Assembly: GCA_051294375.1 (NCBI GenBank)
Contig: CM119264.1
Location: forward strand, 22,452,486-22,516,485
From: Paraspadella gotoi
Lineage: Eukaryota > Animalia > Chaetognatha
Direction: 5' to 3'
Length of the DNA stretch: 64,000 bases
Shown: positions 1 through 11,700 of the stretch, piece by piece
Numbering within the stretch: the stretch's first letter is position 1
Layout: the number at the start of each line of letters is the position of its first letter
Notes under the pieces: generated by a model
What the model was told of the DNA's origin: nothing
Seen by the model: only the letters and a program-made list of their open reading frames with translations
Database searches by the model: none
Made by a program: the position numbers and the translations under genes

Positions 1-2462
1 AAGGATGTTTTGTGAGTTCGTAATTGCGTTGAGGGGGGGGAAAGGTGAGTAGTGGAGGTAGGTAAGGGGAGCAGAGAAGAGAGAAGGATACGCAGAAAAG
101 TGATGGGGAGATAGGTAGAAAACTTTGTTGAATTAACTTGGAGAACGGAAGTGGAGGGAAACGTGGAGTGAAGAAAAATAAAAGTAGTGGGGGTGGAAAT
201 AAGAAAAATGAAACTAAACTGTCAAAACCGTTATGTTATTATCTGCAAGTGTTGATGGAGCGCGCTTAAACCACCAAAGCCTTGTGCCAAAGTCAGGGAC
301 AAGATAGCTTATTTATTAAATGGGATGGCATAAGTTTTTATATTGGTTGTACCAATTCATAGATTATAAAAAGAGTGAAAAAAATTAAAAAGACAACAAA
401 TTACTAAGATTTAATATCGAGAGTTTGTGCAAGTTAGACCTCTATTTAAATCGAGCTTTAAACAAATTTAATATTTTTGTAATACATTTCGCAAACGCAG
501 TGGATTGAGCCAATTCAGCCGTCGACGAGGCGCCAAGGTCTGGCAGGCAATCGAGCGCGAGTTCCTCCAGCCAATCAGGAACGCGCGGCTTGGCCAAAGG
601 TCGACTCTGCCTCGGTGGCCCTCTGCATGCAGCGGTGAAACTAATCAACAAAGGACCAGCCCTCTCTTTCCGCGTATTACCGCAGACGACGCCGCCAGTC
701 ACGTGCTCTCTCTCTCATCTCTCTTCTCTCTTCTTTCTCTCTCTCTACCTCCTCTCTTCTTTTTTTTTTTCCCCTTTTTTTTTCTCATCCCCTTTTTTTA
801 TCTCTTTTCTCAATCAGGATTCTCCATCAAGGGAATTCCCAGTCTGCGTCCCGTCCAATCAAGTTGGTGAATAAAAGAAAATTCTATTTCTCACTCGCCG
901 GTCTCCCTTCTCCCTCTCTCTCCTCTCTCTTTCTCTCTCTCCTCCAGATATTTATCACACGATTTTCTCCACGATTTCTGAAATTTTCTTTAGATTATTT
1001 CCCATGTCATCAGGACACACAAGAGAAAAACTCTGGAGGAGAGGAGTGGGAAGAGAGAAGAGAGGAGAGAGAGAAAGAGAGAGAGACAGAGAGCGAGATA
1101 GAGCGAGAGTAGAGAGAGGAGATGAGAGAGAAGAGGAGACGAGAGAATGAAGAAAAGAGCGAAAGAGAAGCAGACGATGAGAGAGAGAGAGAGAGCAGAA
1201 AGAAGAGAGCCGAGAGAGAGACGGAGGAGAGAGAAAGAGAGAGAGAGAGATCCTTCTCTCCCATTCAAGATTTGTTTGTCGCAATCATTGGCCAGCAAAG
1301 ATTTGCCGTTTGCGTTTTTTCCCCTTTCGTCAGTCCATTGCAAAAGAGACCGTCTTCACTACCACAATTACATAGTCTTCTTCTTTTTTAACTTTTCTTC
1401 CATCCTCCCCTTATTTTCCCCCCTCCGCCTCCCCCCTCCCGTCTCTCCTACTTCCCCCTTTCTCTCTCCTCGTTTTTCTGGTTTCGATTATGGCTACTGT
1501 CATTCGGATTAAGAATTTATTGGCCATGTTCGCGACCCGATGACCCCAAACAAACTTGAGTAGCTTTGGATTCCACCTTCCGAGAGCAGAGAGAGAGAGA
1601 GAGAGAGCTAGAGAGAGAGGAGAGAGAGAAGAGCAGAGCAGAAGAGATGAGAGAGAGCAGAGAGATGAGAGAGAGAGAGAGGGAGGGGGGGAGGAGAGAT
1701 ATAGAGAGGGAGACAAAGCCGAGTTGAAGAGGGAGAAGGGAGAGGGGATGAGCTAATTGACGTAGAGAGAAAATAAACTTAACACAAACAAATGAAATAA
1801 GTTAAAAAAAGATTTAACTACGATTTATTATCGAACCTTGGCCAATGGCCAAAAGCGGCCAGCTGCACCTTTTAGCACAATAATAATTCGCGTAGGAATT
1901 GGCAAGTAAAATTGAAAGACGGAGAAGAGGCTGGTTGGATGGTGGTTGAAAAGCTGTCGTTGGAAATTGAAAGAATGACAAGAATTTGGAAAGAAATGAG
2001 GCCGGTGGGTAAAAGAAATGAAAAAGGTTTCAGGCATTGAAATAAAAAGGGTGAGCATTTGGTTTGTGGGGGTAGAAAAACTTTAGTGAAAACATATTCC
2101 TAAGAAAGGTTTCATGTGAAATATTGTTTAAGTTGGATTAAATAGATAAAGTAAATACAAAAATAAATCAAGTTACATGATATGGTTGGAGCAAGTGTCT
2201 GTGCTCGATAATTTTGATGTCCAACAAATAATGAATAACAACAAATAAAGAAATAATGAAGTAAAGTGGAAAAAAATGTTTAAAAATTATGAATGGTGAA
2301 AATTGTTAAAAATGGTAGTTAAATGAAAGCAGCGCCAGTGTGTGGACGAAGTTAAGGGGAAAAAGTGACGTGGGTAAGTTGACGAGATGAAGGAAGGGTG
2401 ATGGTGAGGAGGGAGAGAGAGAGAGAGAGATGGAGAGAGAGAGAGAGAGAGAGACGAGATAC

Positions 2463-2493
<31 letters not shown>

Positions 2494-4904
2494 ACAGAGA
2501 GGAGGAGACGAGAACAAATTGGTCGAACACCGAAGGTGTTAGTACTGACGGAATTCATTTTGAAAAAAGTTTTATGAATGGCTCGTCATGACGGGAGACC
2601 ACGAAATTATCATAAATTACGCGGCTATCGGAAAGCAGTTAAGCCAAATTGGATATCAGAACTGGAGAGGGGAGGAGAGATGGAAAGGAAGGAAAGGAAG
2701 GTAGAGAAAGGAAAATGGCGAAAATGATTGAAAAAGAAAAGCGACTGAAAGAAAAATATGGTTTTGAGCGAAAAAAAGAATGAAAAAAAGGAAAAAAGAA
2801 AGAATTTATGAAAAAGGAGGAATAAATGGAGGAAAGGAAGAAGGAAAATCTCGAAGACCACAGGATAGAAAGTGGGGAAGTGAGAAGTGGGCATACGCAA
2901 AGGCTTCTGCTGAGTTGTCTCCCAAATAAAAAACTACAACATCGATTAGCTCAATGAGCTCAATGAGCAAGTCAATCTGAATCTTTTAAGATTTATTTAC
3001 ACAAGTTTTACGTATTCGAGTTCAAATTTTGAGAGAAACGGAAGTACAATTAGTAAAAATTTCTAAAAGATACATTTACATCAATTTTTTCACCATCGAT
3101 AAAAACTTTTTAAAAAATCAGTAAACGGACAAAAGAATAGACGTAGATCGACGCCAAACCGATCGCTCAACGTCGCCCTCGTCGCGCAGCCGGCGTCTCG
3201 ACGTTGGCATTCGCATCGCGACGGACTGACGGATTGACGGACTGACCCAACGGATCCGACGATTAACTTCTTCTCCATCGCCGACGCCTTTCGTCTTCTT
3301 CTTCCTCCTCCTCCTCCTCCTCCTTCTCCTCCTCCTCTGATCCCCCAAAATTAGAAAACCCGACGTTTTGACCGAAATCGCTCCGGTTCTTTCTTTTTTT
3401 TTTCTTTTTTTTCTTTTTTTTTCGCAGAGGGAGAGAGGTTATGGGAGAGAGAGGAGAGAGAGGTGAGGAAGATAAGCATAAAGGGTGGGTGTAGGAGAAT
3501 GAAGTTAAAGGGTTAGGGTGGAGGAAGAAAAACCTATTTTCCTCCCTCGGTGATCTCGTCGCGTCTCAATTTTCACTCAACCCACCCGGACGGACTTTTT
3601 TTCCATCGCACTTACCAATTTCCCGTTCTTTCCTGCTTTAATTTAAGACGGTCACTTTTCTAAAGGGAGAGGCAATATTGAGACGGTCTTTTTCTATATT
3701 CTCATTTCAGTTCTCCTCTCGCCTTTTTTTCCCCCGACGATTAGCTCGGGTTTAAAACGCGATATGCTATCACCCATACCCATTTCACTACCTATTTTCC
3801 CGCTACTTAACTCTGCGTTGATGGAGGAACATACTACATCACCAAAAGATATTCTCCGTCTTCTCCTCCATCTTTCAAAACAGCATTTTCCACCCTCTTT
3901 CTTCCCCCCATCTCTTTCCCCATCGCCCCACCATTATTCCCCTTACCCGGGGAGACCTCACCATCGGTTCCATTTCTTAGATTATTGAGTCCGCCGTCCT
4001 AGAAGCAATTTTCTTCCCAATTTTCGTTGATCCTTCAAAGACGTGTATAAGCCCCCGTAAACATCTAATATATGGTTCGGCGCTGTCGCCGCCGCCGCCT
4101 CCGCCGTCTCAGCAGCCGCTGACAACGCAGCCGCCGTTGCTGCTGACGACGCTGCCGATATCGCCGCCGTAGAGAGGGGGGAAAAAATACGCGGAAAAGA
4201 CGCAGAGTGACTCGTGAGGCCGTGAAGCAATTTTGGCGAAATTTCGATGGAAACTCTGTTTGCGAGAGCAGGTTTGGGTCAGCGGGTGAAAGGCTCAGAG
4301 GTCTTGATATCAATGGATTTATATATTGAAAACGATTTTTTTTTTTGGCAATGCAATTTTTTGAAAGTTTTGGCTAAGACTTACGTCCCCGTGGTTTCTG
4401 TTTTGCGATGTGCGTTCTTCTCGAAAATTACGCAAAAAGACGCTCGTAGGATTGCATTGATAGCAGATATTGTATTTTTATCATTGATCGATTAAAATAT
4501 ATAAGAGAATCAAGAATAGTAATATATTGTATACATATATAATATATATATAATATAGTATTCATGTATTCCCGATATAATTAAGAGAGTAGGTCCTTCT
4601 ATGTTATTTTCTAGGGTATGAAGGTATAGCCTGTCAAAAGTCATGGGTAGTTGATAGTTTATTGAATTTATTTGATTTTTATATTGGTTTTCCCAATTTA
4701 ATAGGAAACGCGTTTCTCCGATTACCATTTTATTTGTTCCATGAAGGCAAAAAAGATTAATTTTTTTTTAATTATCAGCAATCCATCGCTAAAATTTTAA
4801 AGTTAATACATATTCGTTTTGTTCTCTTTTTACGTTTAAATGAAATGGCCTTGAGGTTTTTCAAAAGCGTATCATTTTAGTTTAAATTTTGAATGGAGTT
4901 ATTT

Positions 4905-5095
4905 TTTAGGTTTAAAGATTAGGAGTTAAGCATGAAGATTAGGTTAAGGGTTAGGGATTAGGGCAAGTGATTAAGTTAGGGATTAAGGTTAGAGTTTAAA
5001 GTTAGGAATATTTGGTTATGGATCTTAGTTAAGGAGTAAGGATTGAAAATATGAATTAAGTTAAGGTTAAAATTAAGGTTAAGGATTAAGGTCAG
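4905..5095 (+). repeat. Degenerate TTAGGG/TTAAGG-like hexamer array
   Basis: ttaggttaagggttagggattaggg…ttaaggttagag. Confidence 0.7.
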
Positions 5096-5574
5096 GTATT
5101 AATAATTTAGTTTAAGAGTGTAGAGAGAAAACGAAAATTTCGTTGCAACAACAAGTGAATTTATTAATAGTTAATAGTTTAAGAGTGAAAAACAGAAATG
5201 GGGATCGTTCAGAAAATAGTGCCATCTTTAGATCGAAGACAAATGATTATTAATCATTGAACTCGAGAAAACTGGTTCTTTGGAAATGGAACATCGGAAT
5301 CAATCAGTTTTTTTTTTTTTTTTTTTTTTTGACTAAGAAAGTCACGTTCAACTTGACAGTTCTTGTTCTGGTCACTCGAATTGTACTCGGTCACTTTCGT
5401 CACAAAGATCCCTTTTCGTCCTTTTCTCTCCTCCTTTTTTTCATATTAAGTTTAAGTATTAAGCATTCCAAAGCTCTAAAACTTATCTAGTATGATAATT
5501 GCATGAATTGTTTATTAAACTACCAAAAAAAAAAGCAAAACAAACTTTACAAGAACCGAAGGATCTCTATAGTC

Positions 5575-5761
5575 ATGGAATCCTGTTGCGCATCTGGTCC
5601 GGGCTACGCCACGCCCATCGATGCTATGAAAGGAAATAAAGAGAAGTTACTCTACATTCCTTGCGTTGCCATTAACGACGACGGTGTCAATAATGGTAAA
5701 CGAAGACCCGATGCTCTCGCGACAATCGATGTGGATCCAGAATCTTCATCCTATGGAGAAG
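5575..5761 (+). CDS. SELENBP1: SELENBP1 coding exon 1 ([14 protein letters not shown]...DPESSSYGE)
   Basis: ATG at 5575; GT donor at 5762, phase 1. Confidence 0.9.
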
Positions 5762-8700
5762 GTCTGGACCGAGGAGTGGTGTTGATGATTTTGTCGTAGC
5801 ATAAATTATTACATTTTATCCTTTTAATACAAAAAAATATTATTTTTTTTTTATCCAGTGCTTCACATGTTGGACTTCCCTCATGTCGGCGATGAGGTCC
5901 ATCATTCAGGCTGGAACACCTGTTCCAGCTGTTTTGGCGACTCGAGCAAAAAGCGCAACAAGTTAGTGCTCCCGACGCTGAGCTCCGACCGGGTCTACAT
6001 CGTCGACGTAGGCGCCGATCCGCTTAAGCCCCAACTTCATAAGGTGATTAGAATGGATAAAATTGAAGAGACAGTGATAATTGTTATGTGTTAGTGACAG
6101 AACCGTTCAATATAAGCAGTCCCTGAGCTTCGGATCAGGCTGTAACACCGTGTTACTGCTAGGCGACCACCGGGCTAGAACCCCGGACCTTTGGGTAGGG
6201 AGGCGAATGACTTGCCTCCGGCATCAATGGCCGCTGATGAACGGTTGGTGGATTTTAGTCCACCATAAAATGTTATTAATGAATTTAAAACCAATATAAA
6301 ATTATCCATTCAATCAATAATAGCGTCTCAATCATATGTTTTCGGAGAAACAGGCAAAGACAGAAGAGACAGAGACAGAAGTGGAAGAGAGAGAAAAGGA
6401 GCAGCAGAAAGAGGCAAAGGACGAGGGAGGAAAAAATTTGCTTTAGCTCAAGAAACAAAGAATCGGATAACCAATTAACCATGCAACGCGACGAGTATTA
6501 AACGCTATATAAAACGTTCCTGCTTTTATCTTGCCAGGTCATCGAACCTACGGACAAGGGACTTTCTGGACTTCGCTCGCCCCACACTGCTCACTGTTTG
6601 GGCTCGGGAGAGGTCATGATCAGTTGCATGGGCGACGCGAACAACGACGGCCATTGCGGCTTTCTGCTTGTTGATGGTGAAAACTTTGAACCAATTGGAG
6701 AATGGATCAGCGATCCTGGTGAGGTCAGGGGCGGGGATCGAGAAAAACTAAAAGATTATTACACTTTTAAATTTTACATCATCTGTATCAATAAATGTAC
6801 TGATGGTAGATAAAATTACAGCAGGGACAAAATAGGTGTCATAGAATGTTCCATGATGATTTAAAAGGAAATGCTTCACAGTAAATTTTGTCCTTATAAA
6901 TAAATAATATAATAAATAATATAATTAATTTGCTATGGCCTAGCTGAGCATCTTAAAGACCTCTTCCAGAAAAATATGGGTTAGTGAATTACATTTCTTC
7001 TTTTCGGTCTATTTGAAATAGTTAAATGAAGTTTTATTTGGTATTAGCAATGAAATACATAATTAGTCAATTAGTGATTTCAAAATTATCTTTTATTCTA
7101 ACATTTCAATCAAATCTCATCAGCTTCCGTACCAGCGGATGCAATGGGCTACGACTACTGGTACCAACCCTACCACAACGTCATGATCAGTTCCGAATGG
7201 GGGAGTCCCAAAGCCTTCAAAACGGGCTTCGATCCAAAGCACGTGGAAGAAGGAAAGTATGGGCGAAAATTGCACGTGTGGGATTGGAAAGAAAGAAAGC
7301 ACGTTCAGGTCAGAAAAACTGAAAAAAAATTCTTGGAACAATAATTGATAAATATATTGAAAATAATTGCACATAATTATTATAACTAATTTACTTGACC
7401 AATTGATATATAAACGAAAAAATTGAAAAAAAAAATAAATACTATCACCAAATCTCTTTCAGGAAATCGATCTCGGCCCTGAAGGTCTGGTCCCCCTTGA
7501 ATTACGTTTCCTTCACAACCCAAAGGCCGCTGAAGGTTTCGTTGGTTGTGCACTTTCATCTTCAGTGTTTCGTTTCTTTAAAGACGGAGACAAGTGGAGC
7601 GCAGAAAAGGTGCCTGTAAATTTCAATATGTTTATTATTATTATTTTGATTGTACCAATTTCTTAAAAGATATTAAAACAAATATAAAAATCTTTGAGTC
7701 ACTAACATCTCACAAAACCAAAAAATTGGGCCGTATTAGTTAGGGTCATGTTATTCCTTGATCAATGGTAAAAATTCGTGTGCTTGAGAAACGACACCAC
7801 TCACTTTTCATCCTACATAATAGATTTGATAACCTCTTTGGGAGCTTCCTGCCATAATGGCGTTCATTGATTGATTCATTAATTGATTATCACAAAGCAG
7901 TTCTCTCTCATGCTCTCTCATGACAGACGAAGTGAATGGAATGGAAAGATGGACATTTGATAAAGAGAGTGCGTCATACCCCTCAGACATTAATATTTGC
8001 TGAAGCGGTCGTCTTAAAGTTGCTTCACTACCAAATCCGCTTTTTAGTAATACTGATAATTTTATTTATCTGAAAATTTGTCTTTTTTTTATGGACATTC
8101 ATCAGGTAATACAAGTACAACCCAAGACAGTTTCTGGGTGGGCGCTTCCCCAAATGCCCGGCCTCATCACAGATATTCTCATCTCTCTTGACGATCGGTT
8201 CCTGTATTTGAGTAATTGGCTGCATGGGGATATTCGCCAATATGACATTTCTGACACGTAGGAATATGAATCGCTATTTACAAAGTTTAATGCATGTTTA
8301 ATTCATCTTAAAATAATGAGGATCATTTTGTTCCAACAGGAAAAATCCGAAGCTGGTAGGACAGATTTTTATTGGCGGCCTGTTGGCACCTGATGCCAAC
8401 AATCCTGTTAATGTGACGGAGGATCCAGAAAGTGCTGATATTCCACCTCCAGTTTGCATCAAGGGTGAGTTTTTCATTGCAGCAGCAGCTAAAAATGATC
8501 TTGATCTGAATTTTCCATGTTTCGCGTTCGAGAGTCGCGTCGACCAACACGAGTAGGCGGTCCAGAAGCAAGAGGGTCGATGGTTCAATCAGGTCTAGCT
8601 CTGGTGATAGTTCACGTGAATCAAGTAAGAGCTTTAGGTCGGTCCAGTCCTTGAAGGAAGAGTTGGCAGCAGCAGAGGCTGAACAAGGAAAATAGAGACA

Positions 8701-11700
8701 GAGTTAAATATTAAGAATATTAGAGATAGAACAGAAAGAGAAGCAAGAGAGGTTCAGGAGAAGGCCCAGAAAGAGGCCCAGAGAGAGGGAAGAGAATCAA
8801 TTAATTAATCAAGCAATTACTGTTACATCAATAATGAATTATTATTACATCAATAATGAATTATTATTACATTATTTATCAATTACTATTACATTACTAT
8901 AACATTAATAATTCGTTATCGCATCAATCATTGTAAAACAATTTAGTGATTTACTTAACCCCTGAAATTATATAATTTTTTTCCATCTATATAATTTTTT
9001 TTTTTTATTAAGAGGATTTGTCTCTTATTTTCTATAAGCATTTTCCCTTTATTTTCTATAGAAATTTGCTCTTCTCTTTGCACCCACTAGATCTTTACTT
9101 GCATTGCTTTATACAAAATAACAAATTTTTATATGTTTTAGTTTTATTAAACAAGAGCATTGTATTGATCAATGCATTTTAATCAGATAAAATATATCAA
9201 GTAGCAAGTAGCAAAATGTTATTAGTGCCGCAGTTGATTTACATATATTGGCGCAGCCACTGGTTCGTTTTTTTTTCCGGATTTTTTTATTAATTTTCGT
9301 TGATAGTAACGTCTGGCTAGATCTCTATACTTTTAATATTCTTTATCCCAAAACAACCTCTTTCATCAAATCTAAAGTAAGTGCTCTAGATATGTTTTCT
9401 AGAAAAAAGAGTGGGTGACAGGCCTCTTTGTTTAGATTGTCTCCTACCCTATTAATTCTGTTATGTATAGCTAATGTAAAAGCTATGCAATAAAGTGATG
9501 GAGATTTAGTGGCGTAACAATGTTTTTTTCTTATTTTGCTTTTGGCAGTATATATTGCTCGGCAATGCAGATATTTAAATTATTCTATTTTGAAAAATAT
9601 GAAAACAAGTTTGAGCAAACAAGGTCGGATCTGCCTATGAGAATCAAGCGGTAAAAAGCTTATCCGATGAAAAATCATGATAGTTCTTTATGACTTTTAA
9701 TTTGTGATCTTAACAGATGATAACTAATCATAAAATTATAAGTAAGATGCCTAATTATATGAATGGATTCTTTTTATAATGGCTTCTCAAAATTGATAAT
9801 AGAAACTATTATTAATCTTGAACAAATTCTTTAACTTGTGCCAAATATTCAAAGATATAATTAAATTGAAGTTTAATTTTTTCTGATACATAGCTTTTAA
9901 AGAAGCTTAACCTTGTGTTAAATAATAATATTAATGTTAATTTGCGATTCACGATTACTTAATATAAGGAAAATGGTACAGAAGCCAGCAAGAAAGTGAT
10001 AGTGATATTAAATATGTAAAACATCGGTTTAGGGATATTGGTGCCGGAGGCAAGTCATTCGCCTCCCAACCCAAAGGTCCGGGGTTCTAGCCCGGTGGTC
10101 GTCTGGCAGTTAAGAGGGACTGGGCGCTAAACCCACCTGTAACACGGTGTTACAGCCTGATTCAAAGCTCAAGGACTGCTTATATTGAACGGTTCTGTCA
10201 CTAACGCATAACAATAGTAACTGTCTCTTCAATATTAAGCATTGTAAAAATGATATGATATATATGATTTTAATTTTTGCTTCAACAATTTAATGTTTCA
10301 CATTAAAAAATTAAGTAATTTAAAAAAAAAACAAAAAATCTACTTTTTATTGGGTTTCATTGGTTTTTTTTAGTTGGTTTTTTTGGGTGTTTTTTTTTAA
10401 TGCCAACCCTGAAGGGGGACGGACGGACAGACGTACGGACGGAATTTTTTTTTTTTTTTTGGTATAATTTATCATAACTCGATATTCTGATATATAATGA
10501 TTTACCAACAATATTTCGGGGTAGGACCGATGGATTATAGAGTTTGAATCTGCGATATGCAGATCTGACTAAAAATTGTTTTTGCTATAGTTAAAACTAA
10601 AACTACCGTCAAACTTATGAAAATGATCTTTAATTAAACTTTTATTAAAATGTTTGGTTATATTTTGAAAACATAAATTTTTATATTTTTAAATGAAAGA
10701 TCGTCATTTTTCTGAAGTTTATATAAACTTGCGATATATATATACATAACAATTTTCAGTCAGTGATAAGAATACTGCTAAAAAAGAATTTTGTGAGTAT
10801 TTCTAGTGAGACTTATTCATTTGATAAGCAAAATGAATGTCCCTACTTTACTTTTTTTATCTACTTTGGTCAGTTTTGTAGATGTCCTAACAGATTTTCA
10901 AACCACTATTATTTTTTTTAATAAAACGTTTTATGTTGAGGAATTCATCGGGATTTCCATGATGATTATTTTGGCAATACATGGAAGTATTTCTTGTCTT
11001 TACATAAGCTATTATTTACAAAAATGTCATGATCAATACAAGCGAATATACAGCAGTCCTTTGCGAAAAAATTATAACCCTGATTTCTTTTCTTTTTGGA
11101 TTGGGAAATGTTATATTGGCTATGGATTCTTATTTGGATGAAAGAGTTCGACCCTAAATCACCTTCTTTTGCTTTGAAATCCAAACTAGTTTGTTCTGTT
11201 AATTTAATACATATACTGCTCGAATCTTTTCCTCAAATTATTCTTCACTTTTTAGCTCTGATTCTTTCTTTTACCTCCGGACAAGTACTCAGTGTATTTT
11301 AAGCGAATTAGTTTATTATGACGGACTTAGAAATAATGGTACAGTTTATAAAATCAACGAAAACAACCAGCTCATTCCACTCCATAAACCATGCTATTGT
11401 CTCTATAGTTTTAAAACCTATATATCGACTTGTGAATGGGATTTGGATCAGGGCCAACTTATTATATCTTTTTCATTCTCTGTAGTTGGTCTTGCGTTAG
11501 CTTCCACAAAGTTTCGTGAAACAGGCTATGCCTTAACATTTTTAGGTACCTTTCAGGGTATTATTGGCATTCTATACTTTTTTTACGTGATTTCTTCGAA
11601 AATAGTCAATGTCACTATCGCATTTGGATTGATTTCTCCATTGGTAGGGTATTGCACAAAAATTGTAAAAATACTGATTTTTTTCATTCGATGGTTTTAA

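Noticed and set aside
864-2558. Many LS- and ER-repeat ORFs here and throughout 22-61 kb
   Set aside because: Translations of (CT)n/(GA)n microsatellites or N gaps.
4643-5574. Upstream micro-exon ATG G|gtagtt (4643-4646) spliced to AG at 5571-5572
   Set aside because: In frame, but the donor is weak and the acceptor lacks a pyrimidine tract; ATG 5575 already gives a full-length protein.
6160-6234. Functional tRNA gene (also 10037-10105, B-box-like motifs near 16215 and 63535, A-box-like motif near 27350)
   Set aside because: Stems are broken and the heads continue into shared SINE bodies or lack the partner box.
8520-8800. Purine-rich segment resembling a retroelement gag coiled-coil (also 6340-6440)
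   Set aside because: Too short and degenerate; no LTRs or pol motifs seen.
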